From positions 1,860,001 through 1,892,000 of the forward strand of contig FP565575.1 of assembly GCA_000091165.1 (NCBI GenBank): a stretch of 32,000 nucleotides of DNA. The letters run 5' to 3'. Below the pieces are notes generated by a model. The model saw nothing but the letters and a program-made list of their open reading frames with translations, did not search any database and was not told the DNA's origin. The DNA comes from Candidatus Methylomirabilis oxygeniifera. GTDB taxonomy: Bacteria; Methylomirabilota; Methylomirabilia; Methylomirabilales; Methylomirabilaceae. Below, in pieces: positions 9,561-20,280 of the stretch (within the stretch, counting starts at the first letter, position 1; every line of letters starts with the position of its first letter). The translations under genes were made by a program, and so were the position numbers.

Positions 9561-10324
9561 CGGTCTCCGCGTTGTTGCACGTGGACCGCATCGCCGTCCT
9601 GCACTAAAACTGTGTCGGCCATCCCGATGAAGAGCCCCGTGCCGACCACCCCGGGAATCTCGAGGATCGCCCGCTCGAACGCGGCCGGGTCGGAAAGCGG
9701 CGAGATGCTGCAGTCAAGAATCTGATTGCCGTTGTCGGTCACAAACGGCTGCCCATCCTGCGTGCGAACTGCCGGACGGCACCCGAGTTCTGTGAGACAA
9801 CGCCGGCAGAGGGACAGCCCGAACGGCACGACCTCAACGGGCAGAATGCCGCGGCTCCCAAGAACCGGCACCAGCTTTTCGGCCCCCACCAGGATGACCA
9901 GGCGTCGTGACGAGGCGGCTACGATCTTTTCCCGAATCAGCGCACCGCCATAACCCTTGATCAGGTCGAGCCGGGGATCGACCTCGTCCGCACCGTCAAA
10001 TGTGATGTCGATACTTGAAACTTCTTCAAGTGTTGCCAGCGGTATCCCAAGCTGTACTGCTAACGCTGCCGTAACCTGCGACGTCGAAACCGCCGTGACT
10101 CGAAGACCCGCCTTGACCGCATCCCCCAGGGCGCGGACAAATGCGGTCGCGGCTCGCCCGGTACCCAGACCGACCACATCGCCATCCTTGATAAATTCAA
10201 GGGCCATACTGGCCATAGACACCTGCGCCCCCGGCGCACCGTTAATAGTAGAAGGCAATTGCTGCTTATCGATACCTTGCTGCTGGCTTATCATACGATT
10301 GAACGCCCCCCAAAAGTTAAGCAT
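9557..10324 (-). CDS. rpiA: Ribose-5-phosphate isomerase A
   Basis: VGLGTGRAATAFV, ITFDGADEVDPRLDLIKGYGGALIREKIVA, KLVPVLG, ILEIPGVVGTGLFIGMAD motifs; overlaps fbp start by 4 nt. Confidence 0.94.
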   Translation of the reverse strand: MLNFWGAFNRMISQQQGIDKQQLPSTINGAPGAQVSMASMALEFIKDGDVVGLGTGRAATAFVRALGDAVKAGLRVTAVSTSQVTAALAVQLGIPLATLEEVSSIDITFDGADEVDPRLDLIKGYGGALIREKIVAASSRRLVILVGAEKLVPVLGSRGILPVEVVPFGLSLCRRCLTELGCRPAVRTQDGQPFVTDNGNQILDCSISPLSDPAAFERAILEIPGVVGTGLFIGMADTVLVQDGDAVHVQQRGDR

Positions 10325-10626
10325 ACTATTTGCTCAATATTCTCAAGCGATTCACAGCTTATACTATGCGACACGTTTGGATGTCAAGGAGCGGTTCAAG
10401 CACCGAGCGCCTACAGCGAGGAGGAGGATGCGCTGTGTTATGGAGCACCGTCGCGTGCTATAAACGAAACATTATAATGTATTCAATAATTTTCTATTTG
10501 ACCTTATGTTATGAACTGGTAACTTAAGGTCCGGTACGGGAGGGGTCCGGTTCTGATCGGACGTAACGAGATATACCGTCACCGTCCAGTATCCCCGTAG
10601 AAACGGGACAACAGAACGAACGGTAG

Positions 10627-12132
<1,506 letters not shown>

Positions 12133-12151
12133 GTGAGAAGGGAGGAACAGT

Positions 12152-12574
12152 ATGCGAATCACCCAAGGTACGTTCTCGTTCCTGGCTGATCTGACCGACG
12201 ACCAGATCAGAAAGCAGGTAGAGTATGCATTGAACAATAAATGGGCCGTCAGTGTCGAGTTTACGGATGACCCGCATCCCCGCAATACGTTCTGGGAAAT
12301 GTGGGGGTTGCCGATGTTCGACCTGGAAGACCCGGCGGGGGTCATGTATGAGATCGATGCTTGCCGCAAGGCCTATCCCAACCACTATATCAAGGTGAAC
12401 GCCTTCGACCATAACAAAGGTTGGGAAACCATCCGTCTGTCGTTCATTATCCATCGGCCGCCGCATGAGCCGGGCTTTGGCCTTGTGCGCCAGGAAGTCA
12501 AAGGCCGCACCGTCAACTATGTCGTGCACAGCTATGCTACCGACAAGCCGGAGGGCGCGCGGTATACGGACTGA
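12152..12574 (+). CDS. rbcS: Rubisco small chain
   Basis: [58 protein letters not shown]; immediately downstream of rbcL. Confidence 0.97.
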   Translation: MRITQGTFSFLADLTDDQIRKQVEYALNNKWAVSVEFTDDPHPRNTFWEMWGLPMFDLEDPAGVMYEIDACRKAYPNHYIKVNAFDHNKGWETIRLSFIIHRPPHEPGFGLVRQEVKGRTVNYVVHSYATDKPEGARYTD

Positions 12575-12592
12575 GCACCGATCGGCAATCCT

Positions 12593-12625
12593 GGGAAGGG
12601 AAGGGGGTTCAACCCCTTCCCTTCC
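12593..12625. terminator. Strong perfect hairpin after rbcS, terminator-like without a T-tract
   Basis: GGGAAGGGAAGGGGT-TCA-ACCCCTTCCCTTCCC: 15 bp perfect stem, 3 nt loop; followed by acactg rather than a T run. Confidence 0.6.
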
Positions 12626-12682
12626 CACACTGTACAGCCACAAGTAATCGTTGTAGATCTGCAAAGGCTCCCCTCACCCCAG

Positions 12683-12710
12683 CCCTCTCCCCCAAAAGGG
12701 GGCGAGGGGG
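12683..12710. repeat. REP-like palindromic element
   Basis: CCCTCTCCCCC-AAAA-GGGGGCGAGGGGG, preceded by CCCCTCACCCCAG; resembles the widespread 'ccctcaccc..gccctctccc' intergenic repeats. Confidence 0.5.
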
Positions 12711-12727
12711 ATTGAACGAGGAAGTCG

Positions 12728-13690
12728 ATGAGTGACGCGAACGTCGAACATATCCCCGAAGAAAATGCTCCGTCCCAACTCTCTGATGAGACGCCGGTAG
12801 ATCTTGATAGCGTCTTTCGCGATTCCCAGATTCAGGAGATCCTTGATAAGCTTGACCGGGAACTGGTCGGTCTGAAGCCGATTAAGACCCGAATTCGAGA
12901 AATCGCAGCCTTACTGCTCGTTGATAGGGTGCGGAAAAGCCTGGGTCTGATGTCAGGCCCGCCCAGCCTCCATATGTGCTTTACCGGCAATCCCGGTACA
13001 GGCAAGACCACCGTCGCGATGCGGATGGCCGAGATTCTGCACCGCCTGGGTTACATCCGTAAGTGCAACTTGGCGGCGGTCACGCGGGACGATCTCGTGG
13101 GCCAGTACATCGGACACACCGCACCGAAGACCAAAGAGGTCTTGAAGAGAGCGATGGGCGGCGTGTTGTTTATCGACGAAGCCTATTATCTCTACCGTTC
13201 GGAGAATGAGCGTGATTACGGCCAGGAGTCGATCGAGATCCTGCTCCAGGTTATGGAGAATCAGCGAGAGGACCTCGTGGTCATCCTGGCCGGTTACAAG
13301 GACCGCATGGAAACATTCTTCCAGGGCAATCCGGGGATGTCCTCCCGCGTCGCGCATCACTTGGATTTTCCGAACTACTCGGCGGAAGAGTTGATCGCAA
13401 TCGCCAAGCTGATGTTGGAGAAGCAACAATACCGTTTCAGCCCAGACGCTGAAAAGGTCTTTTATGAATATCTTCTCAAGCGCATGAAGCTGCCCAACTT
13501 CGCCAATGCCCGCAGTGTGCGGAATGCCCTTGATCGGGCCCGTCTGCGTCAGGCCAATCGCCTGTTCGCACAGCACAAAGACACGCTGACGAAAAAGGAT
13601 CTGGTCACGATTGAGGCCGAAGATATCCTTGTCAGTCGTGTATTCAAGGATAATCAGCCGGATTCCAATCAGACAGCAGATCACGAGTAG
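12728..13690 (+). CDS. cbbX: Rubisco activase CbbX (AAA+)
   Basis: [104 protein letters not shown]. Confidence 0.97.
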   Translation: MSDANVEHIPEENAPSQLSDETPVDLDSVFRDSQIQEILDKLDRELVGLKPIKTRIREIAALLLVDRVRKSLGLMSGPPSLHMCFTGNPGTGKTTVAMRMAEILHRLGYIRKCNLAAVTRDDLVGQYIGHTAPKTKEVLKRAMGGVLFIDEAYYLYRSENERDYGQESIEILLQVMENQREDLVVILAGYKDRMETFFQGNPGMSSRVAHHLDFPNYSAEELIAIAKLMLEKQQYRFSPDAEKVFYEYLLKRMKLPNFANARSVRNALDRARLRQANRLFAQHKDTLTKKDLVTIEAEDILVSRVFKDNQPDSNQTADHE

Positions 13691-13694
13691 CGCG

Positions 13695-15191
13695 ATGATT
13701 GATGTCGCGACCCTCCGCCGTATCCCCCGGTGCATGAGTACCCAGCACCCGGACAACGTGACCGTCCCCTTCTTCGCCCAAGGACCTGTGATGGAGGGGA
13801 TGGACGAAATCCGGGAGGCGTACTACGCCTTCTCTCATTTAGGCTGCGATGAGCAGATGTGGGACTTCGAGGGGAAGGAGGTCGATGACTTCGTCGTCGA
13901 GAAGCTCCTGACGACCTACGAGGGGTTTTTCAGGGCGTTTCCCCTGGGACGGGAGATGTTCCTGACCTTACGAGTTCCAAACCCTGCGGTGGAAAAATCG
14001 CAGGGGAAAATCCTCCTTGAAGTTCTCCAGGGAATCCCCAGAGCCAACGACGTAGCCCGCCTTTTCTATGGGGAGGATGTCGCCCCCATCTTCGAAATCA
14101 TCTTCCCCATGACCACCTCGGCGGAGGAACTGGACCGTGTGCACCGGTACTATCAGGTCTTCGTCACGGGGAAGGGGGAGGCGGTCATGACCCCCGGTGA
14201 TATCCCTCTCAAAGAGTGGATTGGCGAGTTCCACCCCGCCGCGATTCAGATCATCCCCTTAATCGAGGATAAGGAGTCGCTGCTTCAGGCCGATGCTATT
14301 GTCCGCACGTATCTTCAGGACAAAGACCTCTCGTGCCAGCGCGTCTTCCTGGCCCGCTCCGATCCGGCCTTGAACTATGGCAGCCTGGCGGCCAGACTCC
14401 TGGTCAAGGTGGCCTTGAGCCGCCTGGACAGCCTGGAGCAGGAGCTTGGCATCCCTATTTATCCGATCTTCGGGGCCGGCAGCGCCCCGTTTCGAGGTAA
14501 CTTCCGACCTGACACCGTGGAACGAAACCTGGCTGAGCATCCGAGCGTTCAGACGTTTACGATCCAGTCAGCCTTCAAATACGACCATCCGGCTCCTGCG
14601 ATCATCCAGGCCATCGAGACCTTGAAGAGCACGCCCAGAAAGCGCGCCCAACCGATAGAGCCGGAGGGGAAGATCCTCGATCTGATTGAGCGAATCTCCG
14701 CGTGCTACCAGCGCCAAGTGAGAGCAATCGCCCCCCTGCTGAACGACGTCGCCCCAGCCGTCCCCCGGCGGCGGATGCGGAAGCTTCACATCGGTCTGTT
14801 TGGCTACAGCCGGAGTATCGGCGGAATCTCGCTTCCCAGAGCCATCTCCTTCTGCGCCGCCCTCTACTCCATAGGCCTCCCCCCTGAGATTCTCGGCCTC
14901 TCCTGTCTCAATCAGAACGATCTGACCCTTCTGAGGGAGGTCGATCCGGGGTTCGAAGCCGACCTCGGAGATGCCCTCCAGCATCTGAACGATGAGGTGT
15001 ACACCTTCCTCCCCTCCACTGAAGCGGAAGAGATTCGGAGGACTGTCCAACTCCTTCGTCCTACTCTCTCCCAGGATCATGCCCACCGTGAGGTCACAGC
15101 AACGATTATCAGGCGGGTTGGGAAGGGACACAGCAAGGACCTCGGCGATCTCATCCTCCGGGCGGCTTGGATTCGAAAGTTTTTGGGCTGA
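13695..15191 (+). CDS. ppcA: Phosphoenolpyruvate carboxylase, archaeal type
   Basis: RIPRCMSTQHPDNVTVPFF, EVDDFVVEKLLTTY, FLTLRVPNP, PIFEIIFPMTT, PIYPIFGAGSAPFRGNFRPDTVER, FGYSRSIGG. ATG 13695 is in frame with the track ORF starting at 13611. Confidence 0.9.
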   Translation: MIDVATLRRIPRCMSTQHPDNVTVPFFAQGPVMEGMDEIREAYYAFSHLGCDEQMWDFEGKEVDDFVVEKLLTTYEGFFRAFPLGREMFLTLRVPNPAVEKSQGKILLEVLQGIPRANDVARLFYGEDVAPIFEIIFPMTTSAEELDRVHRYYQVFVTGKGEAVMTPGDIPLKEWIGEFHPAAIQIIPLIEDKESLLQADAIVRTYLQDKDLSCQRVFLARSDPALNYGSLAARLLVKVALSRLDSLEQELGIPIYPIFGAGSAPFRGNFRPDTVERNLAEHPSVQTFTIQSAFKYDHPAPAIIQAIETLKSTPRKRAQPIEPEGKILDLIERISACYQRQVRAIAPLLNDVAPAVPRRRMRKLHIGLFGYSRSIGGISLPRAISFCAALYSIGLPPEILGLSCLNQNDLTLLREVDPGFEADLGDALQHLNDEVYTFLPSTEAEEIRRTVQLLRPTLSQDHAHREVTATIIRRVGKGHSKDLGDLILRAAWIRKFLG

Positions 15192-15227
15192 AGAGGGCGG
15201 CATTGAGGCAACGGTCAATAAATTCAG

Positions 15228-15857
15228 ATGATCTCCGCACGGGAAACACTCGAACGCCTTCGTGAGGGAAACCGCCGTTTCGCCTCGAACGTGCGGAGTC
15301 TCGATACGCTTCTGAGCCAGACCAGACGTGGTGAGCTCCAGACAGGTCAGCGGCCTGTTGCAATCGTACTTGGCTGTTCAGATTCACGTGTCCCAGCAGA
15401 GATCGTATTCGACCAGGGGCTCGGCGATCTCTTCGTCATCCGGGTTGCCGGCAATATCGTCGCCCCGTGCCTGGTCGGGAGTGTCGAGTTCGCTGCTGCT
15501 CAGTTTGGAACACGTCTGGTAGTTGTACTTGGCCATTCCCGGTGCAGCGCTATTCTGGCCACATTAGAGGCGCTGAGGCAGCCTACGATGATCCATTCCC
15601 ACAATCTGTACTCCATCATCGATCATATCCGCCCGTCAGTCGAGATCCTCCTCAGCGCTGAACTCCAGCACGATACGAACGACCTTATTCGAGATGCGGT
15701 TCGGGCTAACGTCCTCGCCTCTGCCAACCACCTGCGGCACGGCTCTGAGCTTCTTGAGAAGCTAATCCTCAATGACGGCCTCGTTGTCGTTGGCGCTGAG
15801 TACTCCCTCGAGACAGGTCTGGTTGAATTCTTTGATGGCGTACCGGATGCCGACTGA
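15228..15857 (+). CDS. Beta-class carbonic anhydrase
   Basis: VLGCSDSRVPAEIVFDQGLGDLFVIRVAGNI, GSVEFAAAQFGTRLVVVLGHSRCSAI motifs with zinc-ligand Cys/Asp/His/Cys pattern. Confidence 0.93.
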   Translation: MISARETLERLREGNRRFASNVRSLDTLLSQTRRGELQTGQRPVAIVLGCSDSRVPAEIVFDQGLGDLFVIRVAGNIVAPCLVGSVEFAAAQFGTRLVVVLGHSRCSAILATLEALRQPTMIHSHNLYSIIDHIRPSVEILLSAELQHDTNDLIRDAVRANVLASANHLRHGSELLEKLILNDGLVVVGAEYSLETGLVEFFDGVPDAD

Positions 15858-15935
15858 CTCCTGATCGTCCTTGCGCAGCGCTGAAGCACCGCAATGCGCG
15901 CAGACCGGCATCGGCATTTTCGCGTGATGGCATGA

Positions 15936-16013
15936 TCTAAATGTCATATCCATGGTGGCGCAAGGATAGCCGTGGGCGGCCAGCGCATTGGCGCCGGCGA
16001 GAAAGAATCTAAC
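15936..16013 (-). pseudogene. Remnant of a nucleotidyltransferase N-terminus
   Basis: Minus-strand translation VRFFLAGANALAAHGYPCATMDMTF resembles the ...VRYLVVGGVAVVLHGYLRTTADLDL signature, but has a stop just upstream and no family-like continuation. Confidence 0.6.
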
Positions 16014-16200
16014 CTTCTCGTCGACTCAGGCGTGTCACATGTCTCTGTAGTCTTCGTTCAGCATCGTGTCGCCTGCTCAGGGACGCGACTTCCCTGGTCA
16101 GCGGCCAGACCAGTCCAATTCGTTCCGCGGGAGTTCCGGGAACGGGAGCCTCTTTCTGCCGGTCGGCCATCCGGTATGTGGCTGTACGTTGCTTGTTCAT
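16009..16200 (-). CDS. Small helical protein, putative partner of the decayed nucleotidyltransferase
   Basis: ATG at 16198-16200: MNKQRTATYRMADRQKEAPVPGTPAERIGLVWPLTREVASLSRRHDAERRLQRHVTRLSRREG*; overlaps the NTase remnant. Confidence 0.5.
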   Translation of the reverse strand: MNKQRTATYRMADRQKEAPVPGTPAERIGLVWPLTREVASLSRRHDAERRLQRHVTRLSRREG

Positions 16201-16247
16201 GGGGTCACAATACGCTTCCGGAAAAAGGGAATAAAGGCTGACCGCAC

Positions 16248-16317
16248 CTCCAACGTGAGCGTCAGCCGCGTGCGCGGAGCGAAGCAGAGCGCGCGTTGGC
16301 TGGACGCGGTGTTGGGC
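16248..16317 (-). mobile_element. attC-like integron recombination site
   Basis: Minus strand 5'-GCCCAAC acc GCGTCCAGCC ... GGCTGACGC tcac GTTGGAG-3': R''/R' boxes, L''/L' pair missing one base (extrahelical-like), internal GCGCG/CGCGC stem. R' departs from GTTRRRY at the last base. Confidence 0.6.
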
Positions 16318-16624
16318 GCAGCCTTGCTCGCCCCACCTTGATGGGGACTTGAAGGCCCACGCGCGGCGCCGGTAATCCACGCAACAATCCTTCAACGCTG
16401 AGGTCTTCGTCTACAGCCGGCCAGTGGATTCCGTATCCGCCACCGGCGATCTTCCATTTTGCGCGCTGTTGGGGTGTTGCATGCAATAACCGAGGATACC
16501 AAGCTAAAGGCACAATAATGGTTCGGCCGTCAAGCAACTCGACGCGGAGCGTGTCTCGCGTGCAGCGCACACTCTTAACTCGTTGACCCGGTTGCATGTC
16601 CATACTCTTTGTACCACCTTTCAA
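16262..16624 (-). CDS. DUF2442-domain protein
   Basis: VKSVRCTRDTLRVELLDGRTIIVPLAWYPRLLHATPQQRAKWKIAGGGYGIHWPAVDEDLSVEGLLRG; C-terminal tail runs through the attC-like site. Confidence 0.85.
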   Translation of the reverse strand: MKGGTKSMDMQPGQRVKSVRCTRDTLRVELLDGRTIIVPLAWYPRLLHATPQQRAKWKIAGGGYGIHWPAVDEDLSVEGLLRGLPAPRVGLQVPIKVGRARLRPTPRPANARSASLRARG

Positions 16625-16832
16625 GCAGTTGAGTTTGATGCTCGCGTACCACCTTTTCGATTTTGCGCAACTCTCTGGCGTTGAAGCCGAGGTTGCTGGC
16701 GAGTGCTATTGGATTGAGCCAGAACTTGGCGGATAAGTCATCTCGGTCAACATGAACGTGAGGCGGCTCATCGATCAAGTCGTGGCCGTAAAAGTAGAAT
16801 CGGTACGGTCCGATTCGTAGCACCGTGGGCAT
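16575..16832 (-). CDS. DUF4160-domain protein
   Basis: MPTVLRIGPYRFYFYGHDLIDEPPHVHVDRDDLSAKFWLNPIALASNLGFNARELRKIEKVVREHQTQLLERWYKEY; overlaps DUF2442 start. Confidence 0.85.
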   Translation of the reverse strand: MPTVLRIGPYRFYFYGHDLIDEPPHVHVDRDDLSAKFWLNPIALASNLGFNARELRKIEKVVREHQTQLLERWYKEYGHATGSTS

Positions 16833-17062
16833 ACGGGAATATTACTGGTAGTGTAGACAGTATGTCAAACGTAAGTGGAGTACCCAACAATAATTAGAAT
16901 GATCCGCATAAGATGCGGAGTTTCGTTTTCCTGTCGTCATATCACACCTTAGGAGCGCCGCACCGTGGCACACGCATTTCCTTATTTTCCGCCGGTTGCG
17001 TGCGATCCAGCAGTGTATCACGGCTTCGTATGCGGATCGGCATAATAACCTCCTTGCTGACC

Positions 17063-17437
17063 TTATAGCCCGTCAACCGGACTGCGAACGCCCACTGGTC
17101 CACGGTTGAGGACATGGGTGTACATCATCGTTGTCTTTACGTCGCTATGGCCGAGGAGTTCCTGGACAGGTCGAATATCGTAGCCGCCTTCAAGCACGTG
17201 CGTGGCAAATGCCGGGTGGCGCTTCCCGTGGAAGAAGATGAACCGCTTGATCCACCCAATATAGGTATCTTCTGTCCGGCGGCTGTAGTGGCGAGCGCGA
17301 ATCGCCAGGCGCACCTGGTCAAGGAGCTTGGGCTTCGCGGGAGAGGGTGACGAAGGCGTGAGCACGGCAGTAGTCCACCTGCCAGCATGCTGATGCGAGA
17401 GGTCCTGGATGACCCCCGTTGCAGTGGGATTGCCCAT
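17063..17437 (-). pseudogene. Integron integrase-like (IntI) tyrosine recombinase with internal in-frame deletion
   Basis: N-terminal [41 protein letters not shown] fused directly to C-terminal [48 protein letters not shown]; the middle catalytic region is absent. Confidence 0.82.
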
Positions 17438-17622
17438 ACAGTCCTCCTTTCTGAAAGGAAGGCTCAGTTACGTGTCATACGCCAAACCTGAGAGGCGGTC
17501 AAGGATTTTCGTTGTGCGATTGCTTTTTCCTTGACACTCGTGTCAACCAAGCTATGGTTGAACGCAGGCGTATCCGCGATGGGATAGAAGCTATTTGACC
17601 TTTAGAGACAGAGTAGAAATGA

Positions 17623-18801
17623 ATGAGTATTGTTCAGGGGTGTAGTCGGACAGCCGGTCGAGTTTCCTTGACCCATCGTGCCTGGGTCGAGGTCGATCTC
17701 GAGGCGATCCGCCACAATATAGCCGCCATCCGACGGCTGCTGAAACCCTCCACACAGTTGATGTCGGTCGTCAAGGCTGATGGCTATGGCCATGGTGCTG
17801 TTGCGGTCGCTCGGACCGCGCTGTCAGCCGGCGCCTCATGGCTTGCGGTCGCCACAGTTGACGAAGGAATCTCTCTAAGAATGGCGGGAATTGACGCACC
17901 GATTCTCCTCTTCGGCCCCGTCATCTGCACAGAGGAGATCGAGGCTGTTGCCGAGCATCGGCTACAACCGACCGTCTGCAGCCTCGACCAGGCCCGTCGC
18001 TTCTCCGAGGCGGGTCTGGGGCCGGTCCCAATTCACCTGAAGGTTGATACCGGCATGTCCCGCCTGGGAATCTCCTGGCAGGAGGCTCAGGATCTCTTGA
18101 GCGCGATAAGGGTTCTGCCGGATGTGTCGGTTGTCAGCCTGTACAGCCACCTCGCTACGGCTGACGCAGTCGATCCCACGACAACCCGGGAGCAGTTTGA
18201 ACGGTTCTCTCAGTTGGTGGAGACGCTGGAGCAACAGGGAATCCGACCCCCATTGGTGCATCTGGCTAATTCTGCCGCTACCCTGACGTTCCCCGACACT
18301 CACTTCGACCTGGTCCGGATCGGGTTGGCCCAGTATGGCCTGTATCCAAGCTCTCACTTACAGGCCGTCGTTGCCCTTCGCCCCGCCCTTGCGCTCAAAG
18401 CAAAGATCATCTTCGTCAAAACCGTTCCACCGGGGACCGGTGTCAGTTACGGTCATACCTTTCGCACGGCGCGCCGGACGCGTTTAGCCACCGTATCTAT
18501 CGGCTATGGCGATGGAATCTCCCGCGCCCTCTCAAACAGGATCGACTTTCTCGTTCGGGGTCGGCGGGTACGACAGGTGGGCACGATCACGATGGACCAA
18601 TGCCTGATCGATGTCACCGACGCGCCGGAGGTGTCCGATGGGGATATCGCTACGCTTCTTGGGCACGACGGGGAGGAAGGTATCTCAATCGCAGAATGGG
18701 CAGAGCGACTGGGGACCATCCCGTACGAGATCCTGACTGCCCTCTCCCCGCGCCTGCCAAGGATTGTCTGCAGGGACGCAGTTTTGTGGACAGAGGCTTG
18801 A
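17623..18801 (+). CDS. alr: Alanine racemase
   Basis: RAWVEVDLEAIRHNIAAIRRLL, VVKADGYGHGAVAVARTAL, HLKVDTGMSRLG, VSYGHTFRTARRTRLATVSIGYGDG, MDQCLIDVT, LGHDG. True start may be slightly downstream. Confidence 0.95.
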   Translation: MSIVQGCSRTAGRVSLTHRAWVEVDLEAIRHNIAAIRRLLKPSTQLMSVVKADGYGHGAVAVARTALSAGASWLAVATVDEGISLRMAGIDAPILLFGPVICTEEIEAVAEHRLQPTVCSLDQARRFSEAGLGPVPIHLKVDTGMSRLGISWQEAQDLLSAIRVLPDVSVVSLYSHLATADAVDPTTTREQFERFSQLVETLEQQGIRPPLVHLANSAATLTFPDTHFDLVRIGLAQYGLYPSSHLQAVVALRPALALKAKIIFVKTVPPGTGVSYGHTFRTARRTRLATVSIGYGDGISRALSNRIDFLVRGRRVRQVGTITMDQCLIDVTDAPEVSDGDIATLLGHDGEEGISIAEWAERLGTIPYEILTALSPRLPRIVCRDAVLWTEA

Positions 18802-18842
18802 CCGTATGATATAGTTTTCGTGGTTCCCGCTCCGAGGCTCAC

Positions 18843-18929
18843 GCGAGAGTGGCGGAATGGCAGACGCGCTGGACTTAGGATCCAGTCCGCCTTTGGCGGA
18901 TGGGGGTTCAAGTCCCCCCTCTCGCACCA
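18843..18929 (+). tRNA. tRNA-Leu (anticodon UAG)
   Basis: Acceptor GCGAGAG/CTCTCGC, anticodon stem CTGGA/TCCAG around CT-TAG-GA, long variable arm, T arm GGGGG-TTCAAGT-CCCCC, A discriminator, encoded CCA at 18927-18929. Confidence 0.97.
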
Positions 18930-18958
18930 CAAATCCGACATCTAATTCCGAGATACGT

Positions 18959-20254
18959 ATGAAAGTAGATATCGAAGAGATCAGCAGCACCAAACGCGCA
19001 CTCCGAGTCGAATTACCCCCTGAAAGTCTCTCAGAGAAGTTGGAGACGGCATATCTGCGCCTTGCGAAGAAGGCTCGCCTCCCAGGCTTCCGTCCAGGTA
19101 AGATCCCGCGGGATCTCCTGCGTTCGCGTTTCAGGGATGAAGCCAAACAGGAGGCCCTCAGAGAACTCATCCCGGAAAGCTATGGTCAAGCGCTGAAGGA
19201 GTCCAATCTGGATCCGATAAGCGAACCGACGTTGGAAGAGATGGTCTGCGAGGAGGGTAAGCCTCTAAGCTACCGGGCTTGCTTTGACGTGAGGCCCGCG
19301 CTACAGCTTTCGGGCTACACGGGAGTTGAGGTCTACAAGGAAAAGCTTGAAGTAGCGGACACTGAGGTCGATCAAGCCGTGGAGTATCTCCGGGAGCGGA
19401 CGGCAGAGTTCGTACCGATGGATGGCTGGCCCGCTCTACAGGAAGACCTCCTGGTGGTAGACTACGAAGGCTTTACCGGCGGTAAACCGCTCAAGGGCGT
19501 AAGCGGTCAAAACACCTCGATCCTTCTCGGCGCCCACCGGTTCATCCCAGAATTTGAGACCCAACTCCATGGCCTCAAGAAGGGCGATCTTAAAGAGTTC
19601 TCTATGGAGTTCCCGAACGATTACGGACGACGGGAGTTGGCGGGAAAGCGGGTACTGTTCAAGGTCACGGTCAAAGAGGTGAAGAAAAAGCAGGTACCGT
19701 CGCCGGATGATAATTTCGCGAAATCGGTGGCCGGCTGCGAAGATATCCAGGCTCTCAGAGAGAAGATCAAGCAGGATCTACTCGCGCATAAGGAGCGGGA
19801 GCAGGTGGTCCGTCTCAAGGACCAGATCCTGGACAAACTGCGCACTGCCCATCCGTTCGATCCTCCGGAATCGTTGGTGGATGCAGAGGTCGAGGCTATC
19901 CTCGCTGATCTGAGGCGGAGCGCCGGCAGCCGTAAGCCCACCGCTGCTCCGAGCGAAGACGAGGCGACGCTGGCCAAGGCGAGAGAACTCGCCTCAAAAC
20001 GGGTTCAGGACTCTCTCTTGCTGGAAACGGTGGCGAAGCAGGAAGGACTTGAGGTGTCGGAGGACGAATTGAATAAAGAGGTCGAGTCGGCCGCTGCCAC
20101 CCTGAATCGTAAACCGGAGGCCCTCCGCGACATGTTGGAGCGAGAAGGACGGATTGAGGCCTTCCGAACACGCTTACTGGAGGGAAAGGCGCTCGATCTT
20201 CTGTATAAGCAGGCCAACATTGTGGAAGGGAAAAATCTCGTAACCCTCGCCTGA
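18959..20254 (+). CDS. tig: Trigger factor
   Basis: ATG 18959 in frame: MKVDIEEISSTKRALRVELPPESLSEKLETAYLRLAKKARLPGFRPGKIPRDLLRSRF; FKVTVKEVKKKQVPSPDDNFAKSV. Confidence 0.95.
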   Translation: MKVDIEEISSTKRALRVELPPESLSEKLETAYLRLAKKARLPGFRPGKIPRDLLRSRFRDEAKQEALRELIPESYGQALKESNLDPISEPTLEEMVCEEGKPLSYRACFDVRPALQLSGYTGVEVYKEKLEVADTEVDQAVEYLRERTAEFVPMDGWPALQEDLLVVDYEGFTGGKPLKGVSGQNTSILLGAHRFIPEFETQLHGLKKGDLKEFSMEFPNDYGRRELAGKRVLFKVTVKEVKKKQVPSPDDNFAKSVAGCEDIQALREKIKQDLLAHKEREQVVRLKDQILDKLRTAHPFDPPESLVDAEVEAILADLRRSAGSRKPTAAPSEDEATLAKARELASKRVQDSLLLETVAKQEGLEVSEDELNKEVESAAATLNRKPEALRDMLEREGRIEAFRTRLLEGKALDLLYKQANIVEGKNLVTLA

Positions 20255-20280
20255 GTGTCACGCAAAGGGAGTAGTGCGCC

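Noticed and set aside
12953-13756. 267 aa antisense ORF over cbbX
   Set aside because: Mirrors cbbX codon structure; no recognisable motifs.
15762-15953. Track ORF (63 aa, minus strand) as a real gene
   Set aside because: Only its first residues resemble an NTase motif and the family similarity continues upstream of its ATG; treated as part of a remnant.
16903-16919. TCCGCA-TAAGA-TGCGGA hairpin followed by gtttcgtttt as a plus-strand terminator
   Set aside because: No plus-strand gene precedes it; could be part of an attI-like region but evidence is too thin.
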